Of a DNA stretch of 64,000 nt, positions 1-13,170 are shown piece by piece (the first letter of the stretch is position 1; every line of letters begins with the position of its first letter). The DNA comes from the human T2T-CHM13v2.0 reference genome, Homo sapiens. The DNA lies in the NCBI RefSeq assembly GCF_009914755.1, contig NC_060935.1. One strand, 5' to 3'. The position numbers and the translations under genes were made by a program. The notes under the pieces were generated by a model. The model had not been told where the DNA came from, made no database searches, and saw only the letters and a list, made by a program, of their open reading frames with translations.

Positions 1-107
1 TGCTTGGGTGGGCCTCCCTGTGCCCCCCTGCCCTCACCTCCTCCACCTCATCTGTCTGGTTTCCCTCTAAGGCAGCTGGGCTCATGGCCAGGCTGGGTGG
101 TCCTGGG

Positions 108-257
108 CTAGGGGCACTCTCCTCGAGGTTCGGTTGTCCTTACCGAGGGGTGGTAGGAGGGGGAGACCCCCAGATCATAGTAGGGGGGCTGCAGGGACAG
201 CTTCTGCAAGTCCTCCTCTTCTTGCTGCTGCTGCCTCCCTGGGTCCAGGTGGACAAC
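108..257 (-). CDS. NECTIN1: Nectin-1 beta terminal exon, coding part
   Basis: 150 nt, cttccag|GTT GTC CAC ... TGC CCC TAG; VVHLDPGRQQQQEEEDLQKLSLQPPYYDLGVSPSYHPSVRTTEPRGECP*; gives the 458 aa isoform. Confidence 0.93.
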   Translation of the reverse strand, partial: VVHLDPGRQQQQEEEDLQKLSLQPPYYDLGVSPSYHPSVRTTEPRGECP

Positions 258-740
258 CTGGAAGAGAAGGCGGTGAGTGCTGCACAGACCTTTCCATGCC
301 CCTGCTCCAGGTGGCCCTCATGGACTCCCAGTTGGATTGGGACTCCTCAGTTCCCATGCACCCCCATTCTGGCATCCCCCACACTGGTGACTGTCTTGGA
401 GGGCACAAGTGCACCCTAAGCCTTTAGCTTTGCTGGCTCTAGCAGGGACCCAGCTTGGGGCCAGGCACCTGAGAGGTGCTCAATGCATTTTTTAAATGAA
501 TGAAAGGACTGTGAGGTAGAGGAAGAGGTCCCCTGGGGGCCCTGGGTAGGGAGAGTCCTAGGTTGTCATCTCTTAGGGTGAGGCAGATGGATCCCTCTAG
601 CATGGACCTGGCCTTGTGGGAACTGGACCATGAAGGCGTGGCGGCTCTGTCTTCAGCTTGGGCTCTCTCCTTGGGGCCATCTCCCATTTTTCTCCCTCCC
701 CGCAGTCCAGGGACCTTGTCCTCTGCTGCCTCAGGCCCAC

Positions 741-816
741 CTGGATATCCTCAGGCACAAGGGAGCTTTGCCTGCTGGGAGAAGGCTCCGGCTTCTGGGA
801 GAGGGGCTGGTCGGTC
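741..816 (-). CDS. NECTIN1: Nectin-1 beta cytoplasmic exon
   Basis: 76 nt, tctccag|G ACC GAC ... ATC CAG|gtgggc; TDQPLSQKPEPSPSRQSSLVPEDIQ. Confidence 0.93.
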
Positions 817-1129
817 CTGGAGACAGAATGAGGGTAAGCTCAGCACAGGAGCACACATGGGGGCTCTCCCCATCAGGCCACCAGACAGCTACCGGTCCCT
901 GAGCCCCACTCACAAGAGCAGGCCTGGGAGCTCTGCTTCCCAGGCAGCCTCCTGAGAGGCCAGAGCTTGGGCTGGGGCTCCTCAGGGTCATGGGTTACAG
1001 GCTGAGAGTGCCCGGCCACCTTTCCCAGGTGTGTCTGCCCCGGACCCCAGCCCAGCTTGGGATGGGAACCATGTGAGTCTCAGGTTTCCTAGCTCAAAGG
1101 ACAGGGAGGAACCAGCAGCAGCACTGTGG

Positions 1130-1520
1130 GCCCTCACCCAGGGCGGGCATGAGGCCTCAGGTGCACGGTATGCGGCACCGACAGCCTTAGCCAGCACGGG
1201 AAATAACACGTGATGCAAGATTTTAAAGATGAAAATCAACGTAAAAATCCGTGATGAACAAAACGTCCACATTGTAAGTAAAGACAGGATCCATCACAGT
1301 GGTGTGCTGGGTGTCTGATGCGAAAGGAAAAGTCAGTTATTCTAATCCTGTCTTTATTTACAATGTGGACGTTTTGTTCATCATGGGTTTTTGCTTTCAT
1401 TTTGATTTTTTAAAAATATCACATTAAAATATGATTTATCCTGATGGTTGAGGGTTTTGGCTCCCCCCATATACTTTGTGCCTCTCTCTCCTCTCTGGTC
1501 CTAGGTCTGCCCTCACCCCT
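1130..1520. mobile_element. MER96B-like palindromic DNA transposon (boundaries approximate)
   Basis: Long internal inverted repeat TGATGAACAAAA...TAAAGACAGGAT / ATCCTGTCTTTA...TTTTGTTCATCA, typical of MER96B. Confidence 0.7.
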
Positions 1521-1873
1521 TGTCAACGGCTGGGAGCACGTAAACTCTTGCAAATTATTTAACCTCTCTGTGCCTCAGTTTCCTCACTATAAATCGTGGA
1601 TTGTAATCATGCACCTGCTCCTCTGAGCTGCTGTGAGGATAAAATGCATCTTTATGAAGCCCTTCTGAACTGGGGCGGTGCCTGGCACGTAGCAATCACC
1701 ACTCAGGAGGGTCAGCTCTTCCTGCCAAAGGGTTAGTTCCTGGTCCCCCAGGGTGGGGAGGCCCTAGAAAGGCCCTGAGCTTTCACAAGTTTAGGTGCTT
1801 TAAGTCTGGGGCTCCCAGGGTGCTGGGGAGCAGACCAGTGGGAGTTTAGTGGGCAGAGTCCTGCCTGGCTCAC

Positions 1874-2021
1874 CCGGCCCCATCCGTCTCCGGTGGGCTC
1901 TTCTGCTGCCGGTTGTACAGGAAGAAGACAGTGAGCACAGCACCTAGGATGAGGAACACGGCCACGGTGCCCGCCAGGAGCCTGGCTGCACTTCCCAGAC
2001 CCCTCTGGGGGCGGGGCTTTT
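1874..2021 (-). CDS. NECTIN1: Nectin-1 beta exon: alternative juxtamembrane and TM segment
   Basis: 148 nt, gtttccag|AA AAG CCC ... GCC GG|gtgagc; EKPRPQRGLGSAARLLAGTVAVFLILGAVLTVFFLYNRQQKSPPETDGAG; phase 1 matches exon 5. Confidence 0.94.
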
Positions 2022-3233
2022 CTGGAAACAAAAGACAGGGAAGAGGATTAGAGAGAGAAACTCAAGTGACCCAAAGAGAGTCAGAGATGTGAGAGAGTCA
2101 GACCCTGAGGCAGTACTCTGCCTTTGACATTGCACCCCCAGCTCCCCTCCCCATGGTGCTCCAGTTCTAGGAGGGGCTCCCAGCCGGTGTGGGATGGAGG
2201 CTCCTCCTCTAGTTCCCTATGACCCTGTAACCCCAGACCCTGCTCTGATCCTGGGATCTGGGGCATGGAGGTAGAACAAGGGTGAGGGTATCTCCTGGAC
2301 AGGCAGCAGGTGCTGAGATGGGGTCCCCACCCCGTCATTCCATTTCTGGCCCTGCAGGGAAGATTCCTGTTGAGGAGTTTAACTTCTTTCCCCTCCCTGT
2401 GCAATTAAACAAGCAAATGAACTAATGGGTGCTTCACCCTCCCAGCTTGGGACAGAGGGTGAGGATCAGGAGGGAAAGGCAGGAGCTGGGAGGGTCGATG
2501 AAGAAGGGGCACCTGGGGGTGCCTCCCGGGAAACCAAGCCTCTTCAGTACAGATAGGTGAAAAGCCCAGAGGGCTGTGGTCTAAGGTGAGGGGGCTGAGC
2601 CCACCTTCTGGACCCACCTGGTCATGGACCCAGAAGATTGCTGGGCTTGTCGAGGTATTTCACAGTCTGAGCTGGAGACACTGGTCTGTCCCTGAAGCCC
2701 AGGAGGCTGCAGAGACTGACCCTGTGGCCAGGGGCACATGCTGCTTCTCAGCGATCCAGGCTTGGCTGTGAAGCCACAGCTGGCCCTTCCAGTTCCTCCT
2801 TCTGCTGGGCTCGATTTCTCACCTCTGACCTTTACGACCCCAGCGTGGAGTGGGGGGTAGGGACTAAGGAGAAAATCACACACTTATGTACTCCTTCCTC
2901 TCCACTACCGTATTACATATAATTAAACACGGAGAGCACCTGAATAGAGATGCCAAATTGCAGTTTGCAGTAAACATCATGGAGCCAATTTTCCTAAAGT
3001 GGAATTGACAAGTCCCTTCCACTCACTCACTCACTTACTCACTCACTCCCTCCTCATTCACTCACTCACTTTCTGTCTCTCTCCCCTTCTCTCTGCTCCA
3101 TTCCAGTGCCCGGAAGGAGGGGGTATCTTGCTCCCAGTAAATTTGCAACCCCTCTCTGGCCTGTCTGCAAAGGCTCTGGCCCCAGCATCCATCCATCCAC
3201 AGCTGGTGGCTGTGGCCGCCTTTGGAAGGCAGT

Positions 3234-3337
3234 TTCCCGTGTTGTCCAGGCTGGTCTCAAACTCCTGAGCTCAAGTGATCCTCCCGCCTCAGCTTCCCAA
3301 AGTGCTAGGATTACAAGCATGAGCCACCGTGCCTAGC
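3234..3337 (-). mobile_element. Alu left-arm/FLAM fragment
   Basis: ...CCAGGCTGGTCTCAAACTCCTGAGCTCAAGTGATCC...GGATTACAAGCATGAGCCACC. Confidence 0.85.
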
Positions 3338-3630
3338 TCCAGAGTGATCGTTCTAAACTACAAATCAGATCAGGCCACCTCCCTACTTAAGTTCCTCCAA
3401 GAGTTCCTCCAACAGTTTGTGGCCTTTATCAAAGCGTTAAGGGCTGAGGCCTTTCACGACCTGGTTCCTGGAGGAAACGCCATGCCGCCCCCAGCCTGGA
3501 CCACTTGCAGCTCCCAGACAGGGAGCCCCTGCTTCCTCTCATCCTCAGGTAGCTAGTAGGAGCCACTCTGTCTGCCAGGGTCTCTCTTTCTTCCCCTTCT
3601 TTGCCAGGCCAATCCAGCCTGCAGGTTTAA

Positions 3631-4037
<407 letters not shown>

Positions 4038-4639
4038 TCTTTCAGTCTCTTTTCTACAGACTGTGATTGCACGTCTGACTTGTCTCCCCAGCCCTGCACA
4101 GTGCCTGGCATGCAGAAGTGCTCAGTAAGTGTGGTGAATGAATGAAGGCTTGCCTGAATGTGTAGTGGGCAGTTCTGGGAGAGGGTCCACCGGGCCTCTG
4201 GAATCTCACCTTCCACTAGGGGGAGCTCTCACCTTGAGTCCAGCCACCACCACGCTGGATGCTACGAATTCAGTTTCCCTGGACACAACTCAAACCTATA
4301 TCCCCTTTTCTTCTCAGCACAGCTGAGGCAGGCTGGCATTTCCAGAGGGCTAGGGTGGGAGGGGGAGCAGTAGGGAAATGAACACATACCCTGTCCGGCT
4401 CACAGAGTTCAGGTTTCTCTTCTACCACGGTTGGCCCCACATGGAATCCGAACAGGAGGAAGAGACAGGTTCAGGACAAAAGGCTGGGATTTCAGCCCTT
4501 ACTCCCTGCCTCCAGGAAACTTCTCTCAGAGGCTTTCACCCATCATCCCCTCATGGACTCTGCAGCCACTTTGCCAAGAGAGGGTGGCAGCTGTCTCTAT
4601 AAGGGCCCTTTCATCATCCTTACAGTGCAAACAAAAACA

Positions 4640-4986
4640 CAGCCATCCCTCGGCATCTCTGGGGGATTGGATCCAGGACCCCTAGCGAATAGCAAAATCC
4701 AAGCATGCTCAAAAGTCCCTTATATAAAATGGTGTAGTATTTGCCTATAACCTATACACATCCTCCCATATACTTTAAATCAGCTCTAGATTACTCATAA
4801 TACCTGGTACAATGTAAATGCTGTGTAAATGGTTGTAATACTGCATTATTTAGGAATAACAAGAAAAAGGTGTACATGTTCAGTGCTGACACTACTCTCC
4901 ATTTTCTTTTTTTCTGAGTATTTTTGATCTGCAGTTGGTTGACTCCACGGATGCAGAACCCATGGATGGATACAGAGGGTTGACTG
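4640..4986 (+). mobile_element. MER2-like (TcMar-Tigger) non-autonomous DNA transposon
   Basis: TIR-like ends CAGCCATCCCTC / GAGGGTTGACTG followed by TA; internal sequence resembles MER2 (TATAAAATGGTGTAGTATTTGC...TACTTTAAATC...TAGATTACT). Confidence 0.8.
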
Positions 4987-7900
4987 TATAAGAAGTGAGT
5001 CTGTGAATGCACTCGTGTGGGCATTAGGAAAACCAAAGGCTAAACAGGGTGGGATGTGGTGGGCAAGGCCTCACACGTGCCAGGGCCACAGTGGATAACT
5101 CTGATTTTGTTCCCTCCAAATTGCCCTCACTCCCTGTCCCACCCTCTCAATATCTGAGTGCAACTTCCATTGTCACCATGGGCCTTGCCTGATGCACCTG
5201 GAGGGTCGCACCCTGGTGGAAGAAATACTAGTGGAGAGAAAATGAGATGTGGGGACAAGAAAAGGGAAATCCAAGGAGGAGAAATTGGCCTCAAGTCTCT
5301 GGCATGCAAGGCACTGTGCCAGGTGCCTTTGCTGATTTGGGGCATATTTGATCCTCGTATTGAGCCTGCAAAATGAGATAATGTTATCCCTGATGAGCAA
5401 GATAAAGCTCAGAGAGGTTAAGTCATTCGTTCAGGATCGTCCAGATAGTCAGTGGCTGAGGGCACTGGGATCTGCGCCTGTGTGCTGTTCTCCCTGCCTC
5501 AGGCTGTGGGGTCTTAGTATTTCTCATCCCTCACTTGGCATGGGCCTGCCATCCCCCTTTTCATCCCTTATCAGACATAGCCCTGCCTACCCCCTCCCTG
5601 AATAGGGGGGCCCTGGTTGCTTTGTCTCTGAGCCTCCCCTTGACAGCTGTGAGGAAGGGGCCTGGTGCTGGCCCCAGCCAGAACCCTGGCATTGAGCCCC
5701 CAGACACTCTCTGGTTACACCGTGACAAATTGGTTCCCCCGCTCCCAGCTCCGCAGGCTTGAGGGCAGGCCCAGTCACCTGCAGGCAGCTGGGTCTGGCT
5801 GTGAGCCGGGAGAGCTGGAATCAGTGTCGGGGGGTGGGGGTGGGGCCTCCAGGGAGCACTTATTGCCCACCAGGCTCCGGGCTGGACCCTGTCCTTGCAA
5901 TGATCCTGGGAGGTTGGCTATGTGCCTCTTGCTGTACTGCAAAAGGGCAGAGCAGTCAAGTCAGCAGTCCAGGTCCCACAGCTAGGGCCGCCACAGCTGG
6001 ACTTGGGTCCAGTTGACCACTGAAGTCTCTGTCCTGTTAGTCATCAGGGCCTGGGCTCCTCTCAATGGCTTCCCTGGGAGAGCCCGCACTCGGTCCTGGC
6101 TCACGCCGCAAGGATGGCCTCTGGGGGTCACACCAGTGACACTCCCTGGGCCTCAGTTCTCTCACCTGTCACATGGTGACAGTGCATCTGGTTTTCCTGT
6201 CCCTCAGACTGAGATAGTGAAATCCATGGTTAGGGGGTAAACACAGACGGGTTCATTCTGGGGGCTGCAGGCCGCGTGCTACTGGGGCTTCTCTGCTCTT
6301 CCAGGAACAGCTCTACTGGATTCACTGAGGCCTCGTGGTTGGGGAGCCCGAGGAGCTTTGGGTCACACCCAAGTAGCCAGCAATCTTCACCTGCTTCTCC
6401 CGACCACCCCCCTCTCAGCCAGATGTCAGTGTTCCTGCACCCCAGGCTTCCCTCAGGGTGGGAAGCGAGCCCAGACATCCAGCTTCACGGCGTGCTCCCT
6501 TGCCCTACCTGTTGTTCCTCCTTCAGTTAGACAAACGTGTGCCTCACACTTCTATGTGCCAGGCATTGTGCCCGGTGTGAGGGGCTTGCCCCCTGGCTAA
6601 TGGAGGAGTCATACACGTATGCAAATAAGTATGCTATTTTGTGATTCATGCTGCAAGAGAGGTCTCTTCCCACAGAGCAGGGGGCCTTCTGAGCAGGGTT
6701 TTGATAGCATAGTAGGAGTTCACCGCGAGAAGAACATTGTAGGCAGAGTGAGGAGGGCTACCGGGGCACGTGTGTGAAATGTGGGGTATATGAGGGAAAT
6801 TCCAAGTATTGGATATGGCTGGGAAATGGGCTGCAAAGGGAGACAGACAAGGAATCAGGGGGCTGGGAGGAGGGGGCAGAGCATGCTCAGAGGTTTAGAT
6901 TTCTAATAGGTGATATTAGGTAATAGTAATGCCCTCTCTCCTGCCGCCTCTCCCTGGGGACACAGACACTACCTTTCTCATGAGCTGGATTGATAAGGGC
7001 TGTCCTGGAGTCACCTCCTCCAGAGCTCCCCAGGGCAGCCACTTGGCACTTCTGCCCCTGAAGCTGTCCTGGGTTGGTCTGCCCTCTGCTTGTCTCCTCT
7101 GATGCAGGCCACACAGGTGTTTGCGGGGAGCCAGGAGCTCAGAGCAGGCTGGGTGTTTGGACTTGGTGCCTGGAGGTCAAATTGGCTGGAGGAAGGGCTG
7201 ACTTTACCACCCAGGGCCCATCCAGTGGCTGAGTCTGCCTGGCCATGTCTCCAGCCCACGTGTGCTGGACTGACCTTTCCCCCAATGACCAGAGAGGCAA
7301 GGGCTGGAGGCAAGTCTTCCTGGCCAACCCTCCTGTGTTCGGAAGGTCTGGGGCAGACTCCAGCGGTCTCACTGCTGGGAGGGCTCCCAAGTCTTACCTG
7401 AATGTCATTGTTACGTTGAAACCCAACTGTGAGAACCCAGGACCCCATCCACAGGGACAGGAAGCTTCTGACTTCATAGGCTGGAGCCAGGGGACCTTGC
7501 AGGCTGGCAGGACTTCTGGCACACCCTTCATGCTCAGGGACCAACAGTGGCCATCCCTGCACTCCTGTAGCGTCAGCATCCAGGCTAAGCTCCTCAGCCT
7601 GTCCCCCAAGGTCCAGTCAGGCCCATGTTTTGTCCCACACATGCCTTGCTGGGTGTTTCCAGCTTTCTCTGTCTCCGTCTCAACATCTCATTTCCATTCC
7701 ATCGTCCCAGAACTGCAAGCTGGGCTGGCTGCCGCACCGTCACACGTGGGGGTTGTGGGACTCTCCCCTCCCCTTGCTCAGGAGGGGACATACCCCTCTC
7801 CTCCTCAGTTTAGCTCATACAGGAGGGAACTCTTTCAACTGCTTTCCTCTGAGCCAGGGTGGTGAGGGAACCCACCTAGAGACTCAAAACCGAAGAAGTC

Positions 7901-9166
7901 ACAGAGTTCTTTCCTTGGCTCAGACTCAGCCAGGCCTCTGTCCTCCCCTTCTCTTAGGCTATAGGGCTAGGAGGCTCAACCCTCTTGTCTACAGCCTGAG
8001 GTGGCCTTCGGTGGGCTCTGCGCTGGAGCTGCTGGGAGTCCCCTGCCTCCTGGCCTTTTCCTTGAGTTGGGCTCCCGGTCTCTTCCTCTAGCCTGGACTG
8101 GGTTGCATTTCAGCCTTGTGTCTGTTCTGGTGGGCCCCTCAGTGCAAAAAGCCTTTTCTCCTTGGCCACACAGAATTTGCTCTGGTTCTGAACTCAGGTG
8201 GAGGTCATCTTGAAGTCCCCTTCTTCAGACCTCCTGGATGGAGGCTGGAGGCCCTGAGCTCTGCAGTCCTGCCCTCTTTCCTCCCTTGCCCGACTTCCAG
8301 TCCATCTCCCTGGAGCTGATGTAAAGTGCTTAGTACAGTGCGTGGCACATAGTCAATATGTAATACGTGGTTGCTATTTTTGTTATTAGCTGTTCAATAA
8401 ACAGAAATGGATGAAGTTGCTGCTGACGGTAACGGGGATGATGTTGGCCCATCCCCCCTCCGTAGAATCTCGGCTGCTTCACCTGTGCTGGCTCTCTGGG
8501 CCAAGTTAAACCCGTGGTCACATTATCATAATATCAATTATAGGTTTCATGTGCTTTTACTTAAATTATTTTATTTGATGCCCCCACCCCTTTGAGTCTG
8601 TTGACAGATGGTAACTGGAGCTCAGAGAAGGTTGGTGAAATGCTCAGGGTCACACAGCTCACTGATGAGGGAGGTGAGGGAGGAACCCAGGCAACCTGGT
8701 TCTCAGTGCAGTGCCTGGGGCCATTTTCATGCCCCCCACTGCCTCCATCTCTCAGTTTATCTGCAGAGGAAGATAGCTCAAGGTTGAGCTGGCCACCTTC
8801 TTAGCTGTCTAATCTTGGGCAAGTCACTCAAACCCTTTGAGCCTCAACGTTTTCGTCTGTGAAATGAAATAAGAGCAGGACTGTTGTCGGCCATGAGTGA
8901 GGTAATACTGCATGTTAAAGCATAGTGGCTGTGGACAGTCGGTGCCTAGTGAGGGTTGGTTCCTGAGGGCAGGGACACGCCTGCTCCTGTGGCAGACCTG
9001 CCAAGCAGCTGAGGCTCGCATCCCTGATCTCATCCTGCCTGTTGGCCTTTCTCGTGCTGGCTCTCAGCTTTCCTTAGTCCCTTCACCATCACCATCCATG
9101 GGCCACACACCCCCAACTGGTCTAGGCCTGTGCAGGCCTCAAGATGAGGGGCCAGAGCTTGCGGCG

Positions 9167-9168
<2 letters not shown>

Positions 9169-9214
<46 letters not shown>
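9169..9214. repeat. (TG)23 microsatellite
   Basis: Perfect TG run. Confidence 0.95.
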
Positions 9215-9215
<1 letters not shown>

Positions 9216-9729
9216 CTGTGACCCTTTGGAAAGGGTTGAGGATTGTCACTTCCCACTTCACCTAGGATGTTCCCTCTATCTGGAGTGCTGTCTCCAATGT
9301 CACCAGCACCCCTGCCCCACCACTCCCTGCCCTCCACACCTTGAGTTGTCATTAGGAGTAAGAAGGAACCTGAGCAAGGCCGACTCTGAACCCCCTCCAA
9401 GCTCAGGCCCAGCTGGAGAGAGTTACTGGGATTTCACGCACATTCCTGAGGGGAGAGGGACTATCTCCCTGTTAGGGACCCTGCTGCGCAGGGACCTGAC
9501 CCCCAGTCCTCTTGGAGGGGGTGGCTGATCTGTCACACACCCAGCCTGCCCACCTCCTCTGGGTGCCCTCTTCCCTCTCCTAGCTCCTAACTCTTTCCTC
9601 CCTATCTGCTTCTCACAAAGATCTTCCTTAATGGAGGGGGTGGCGGGGGGAAGCACCAAATCTGCAAAAGCACAAAGTGTAGTGGGAAAGTCATGACTGG
9701 ATTCTCCCCTCACTAGCAGTGTGACCTTA

Positions 9730-10073
<344 letters not shown>

Positions 10074-10162
10074 GGGAGGAAGGGTAGAAATAAAAGAGGT
10101 AAGCACGTGAGAGCCTGGCACTGAGCGGCGCCCAGAAATAATAGGAATAGGGTCAGGGTGGG

Positions 10163-11306
10163 GTGATGGTGGTGGTGTGATGGTACTGGTGCAGTGGTGG
10201 TGGCAGTGATGATGGTGGTGATAGTGGTGGTGATAGAGGTGGTAATAGTGGTGGTGGTGATGGTGGTGGTGATGGTGGTGGTGGTGGTGATGGTGGTGAT
10301 GGTGATGGTGGTGATGGTGGTGGTGATGCTGGTGGTGGTGATGCTGGTGATGGTGGTGATGGTGGTGGTGATGGTGGTGATGGTGGTGGTGATGGTGGTG
10401 ATGGTGGTGATGGTGGTGATGGTGGTGGTGGTGGTGATGGTGGTGATGGTGGTGATGGTGGTGGTGATGGTGGTGATGGTGGTGGTGATGGTGGTGATGG
10501 TGGTGATGGTGGTGATGGTGGTGGTGATGGTGGTGGTGATGGTGATGGTGGTGGTGATGGTGATGGTGGTGATGGTGGTGGTGGTGGTGGTGGTGATGGT
10601 GATGGTGGTGGTGATGGTGGTGATGGTGGTGGTGATGGTGGTGATGGTGGTGGTGGTGGTGGTGATGGTGATGGTGATGGTGGTGATGGTGATGGTGGTG
10701 GTGATGGTGGTGATGGTGGTGGTGGTGGTGGTGGTGGTGATGGTGATGGTGATGGTGGTGGTGGTGATGGTGGTGGTGATGGTGGTGATGGTGGTGGTGA
10801 TGGTGGTGATGGTGGTGATGGTGGTGGTGATGGTGGTGATGGTGGTGATGGTGGTGGTGATGGTGGTGATGGTGGTGGTGATGGTGATGGTGGTGATGGT
10901 GGTGGTGGTGGTGGTGGTGGTGATGGTGATGGTGGTGGTGATGGTGGTGATGGTGGTGGTGATGGTGGTGGTGGTGATGGTGATGGTGATGGTGGTGGTG
11001 GTGATGGTGGTGGTGATGGTGGTGATGGTGGTGGTGATGGTGGTGATGGTGATGGTGGTGATGGTGGTGGTGGTGGTGGTGGTGGTGGTGGTGATGGTGA
11101 TGGTGATGGTGGTGATGGTGGTGGTGATGGTGGTGATGGTGGTGGTGATGGTGGTGATGGTGGTGGTGGTGATGGTGGTGGTGGTGGTGGTGGTGGTGGT
11201 GGTGATGGTGGTGGTGATGGTGATGGTGGTGATGGTGGTGGTGGTGGTGGTGGTGGTGATGGTGATGGTGGTGGTGATGGTGGTGATGGTGGTGGTGGTG
11301 GTGGTG
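10163..11306. repeat. ~1.15 kb compound trinucleotide repeat (GGT/GAT)n = (ACC/ATC)n
   Basis: Interspersed GGT and GAT units kept in one register throughout; degenerate at the left end. Confidence 0.98.
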
Positions 11307-11963
11307 CTGGGCCAGCTGCATGAAGATGAGCACCAGACTCTTCCAGCACCAGCAGGATACTTCATCACCCACCATGGCTGAGACCTCCTGGAGCCACTGT
11401 CCAGCACCCAGCAGGACAGCTGGGCAGAGCAACGGGCCTGAGACTGTTTCTGTAGAAACGAAACATCACTGGTTTGGGGTTATTGTGCCCTGAAGAGCTC
11501 TAAAAACAGCTATGTTCCAGGGTCCCAGCCAATGAAACCCCTGGGGCAGAGCCCAGGAAGCTGCCTGTTTAGGGAGGGCTGTGGGAGTGTCTGGGGTCTT
11601 TGTCAGGTCTCTCCAGCCCCCTTCCCTCCCTCAGTTGCTGGCCACTGCACAGGGACTCCCCACACCCAGGAGGCTTCCATTTTCCCTGAGGGTGGGAATT
11701 CCAGTGGGTCTAGGTGGCCCTGAGGGAGCCTCCTCTCATCTAGGCTGGCAGGGCTCCGACACTCCTGGCCTCCCTTCCTGGGGCTTGGGTCTGAGGCTGG
11801 GGCAGGAGGGCATGGGTGGCAACAGCACTAGAGTAGACGAGTGGGACTCCTGCCTCACTGGCACTGTGTGCAGAGTCAGAAAGATGTGAGTTCAAGGCCA
11901 ATGGAGACAATCCCTGGGCATCTGGGAGCTGGGCCACAGTGCTGGATTCAAAAGCAGGCTCCA

Positions 11964-12636
<673 letters not shown>

Positions 12637-12756
12637 CTATTTCTTCTCCTGATATAATTGATCATCCAGCTGCAGACTCACTAGAAATCTGTCAAGGTCA
12701 GCCCCACCAGCAGAGTTGGGCTACTCAGGAGGAAATGAAGTTCTGGCCACTGAGGG

Positions 12757-13170
12757 TTTCATGTGTGTCCGTGTGAAGAGACCACCAAACAGGCTTTGTG
12801 TGAGCAACAAGGCTGTTTATTTCACCTGGGTGCAGGAGGGCTGAGTCCAAAAAGAGAGTCAGCGAAGGGAGATAGGGGTGGGGCCATTTTATAAGATTTG
12901 GGTAGATAAAGGAAAATTACAGTCAAAGGGGGGTTGTTCTCTGGCGGGCAAGAGTGGGGGTCACAAGGTACTCAGTGGGGGAGCTTTTGAGCCAGGATGA
13001 GCCAGGAGAAGGAATTTCACAAGACAATGTCATCAGTTAAGGCAGGAACGGGCCATTTTCACTTCTTTTGTGGTGGAATGTCATCAGTTAAGGCAGGAAC
13101 CGGCCATCTGGATGTGTACGTGCAGGTCACAGGGGATATGATGGCTTAGCTTCGGCTCAGAGGCTTGACA
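12757..13170 (-). mobile_element. Solo LTR7 (HERV-H LTR)
   Basis: Minus strand begins TGTCAAGCCTCTGAGCCGAAGCTAAGCCATCATATCCCCTGTGACC, has duplicated CCTGCCTTAACTGATGACATT blocks, TATAAAA (12887-12893) and AATAAA (12816-12821), and ends ...CACACGGACACACATGAAA; flanks GAGGG/GAGGT. Confidence 0.9.
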
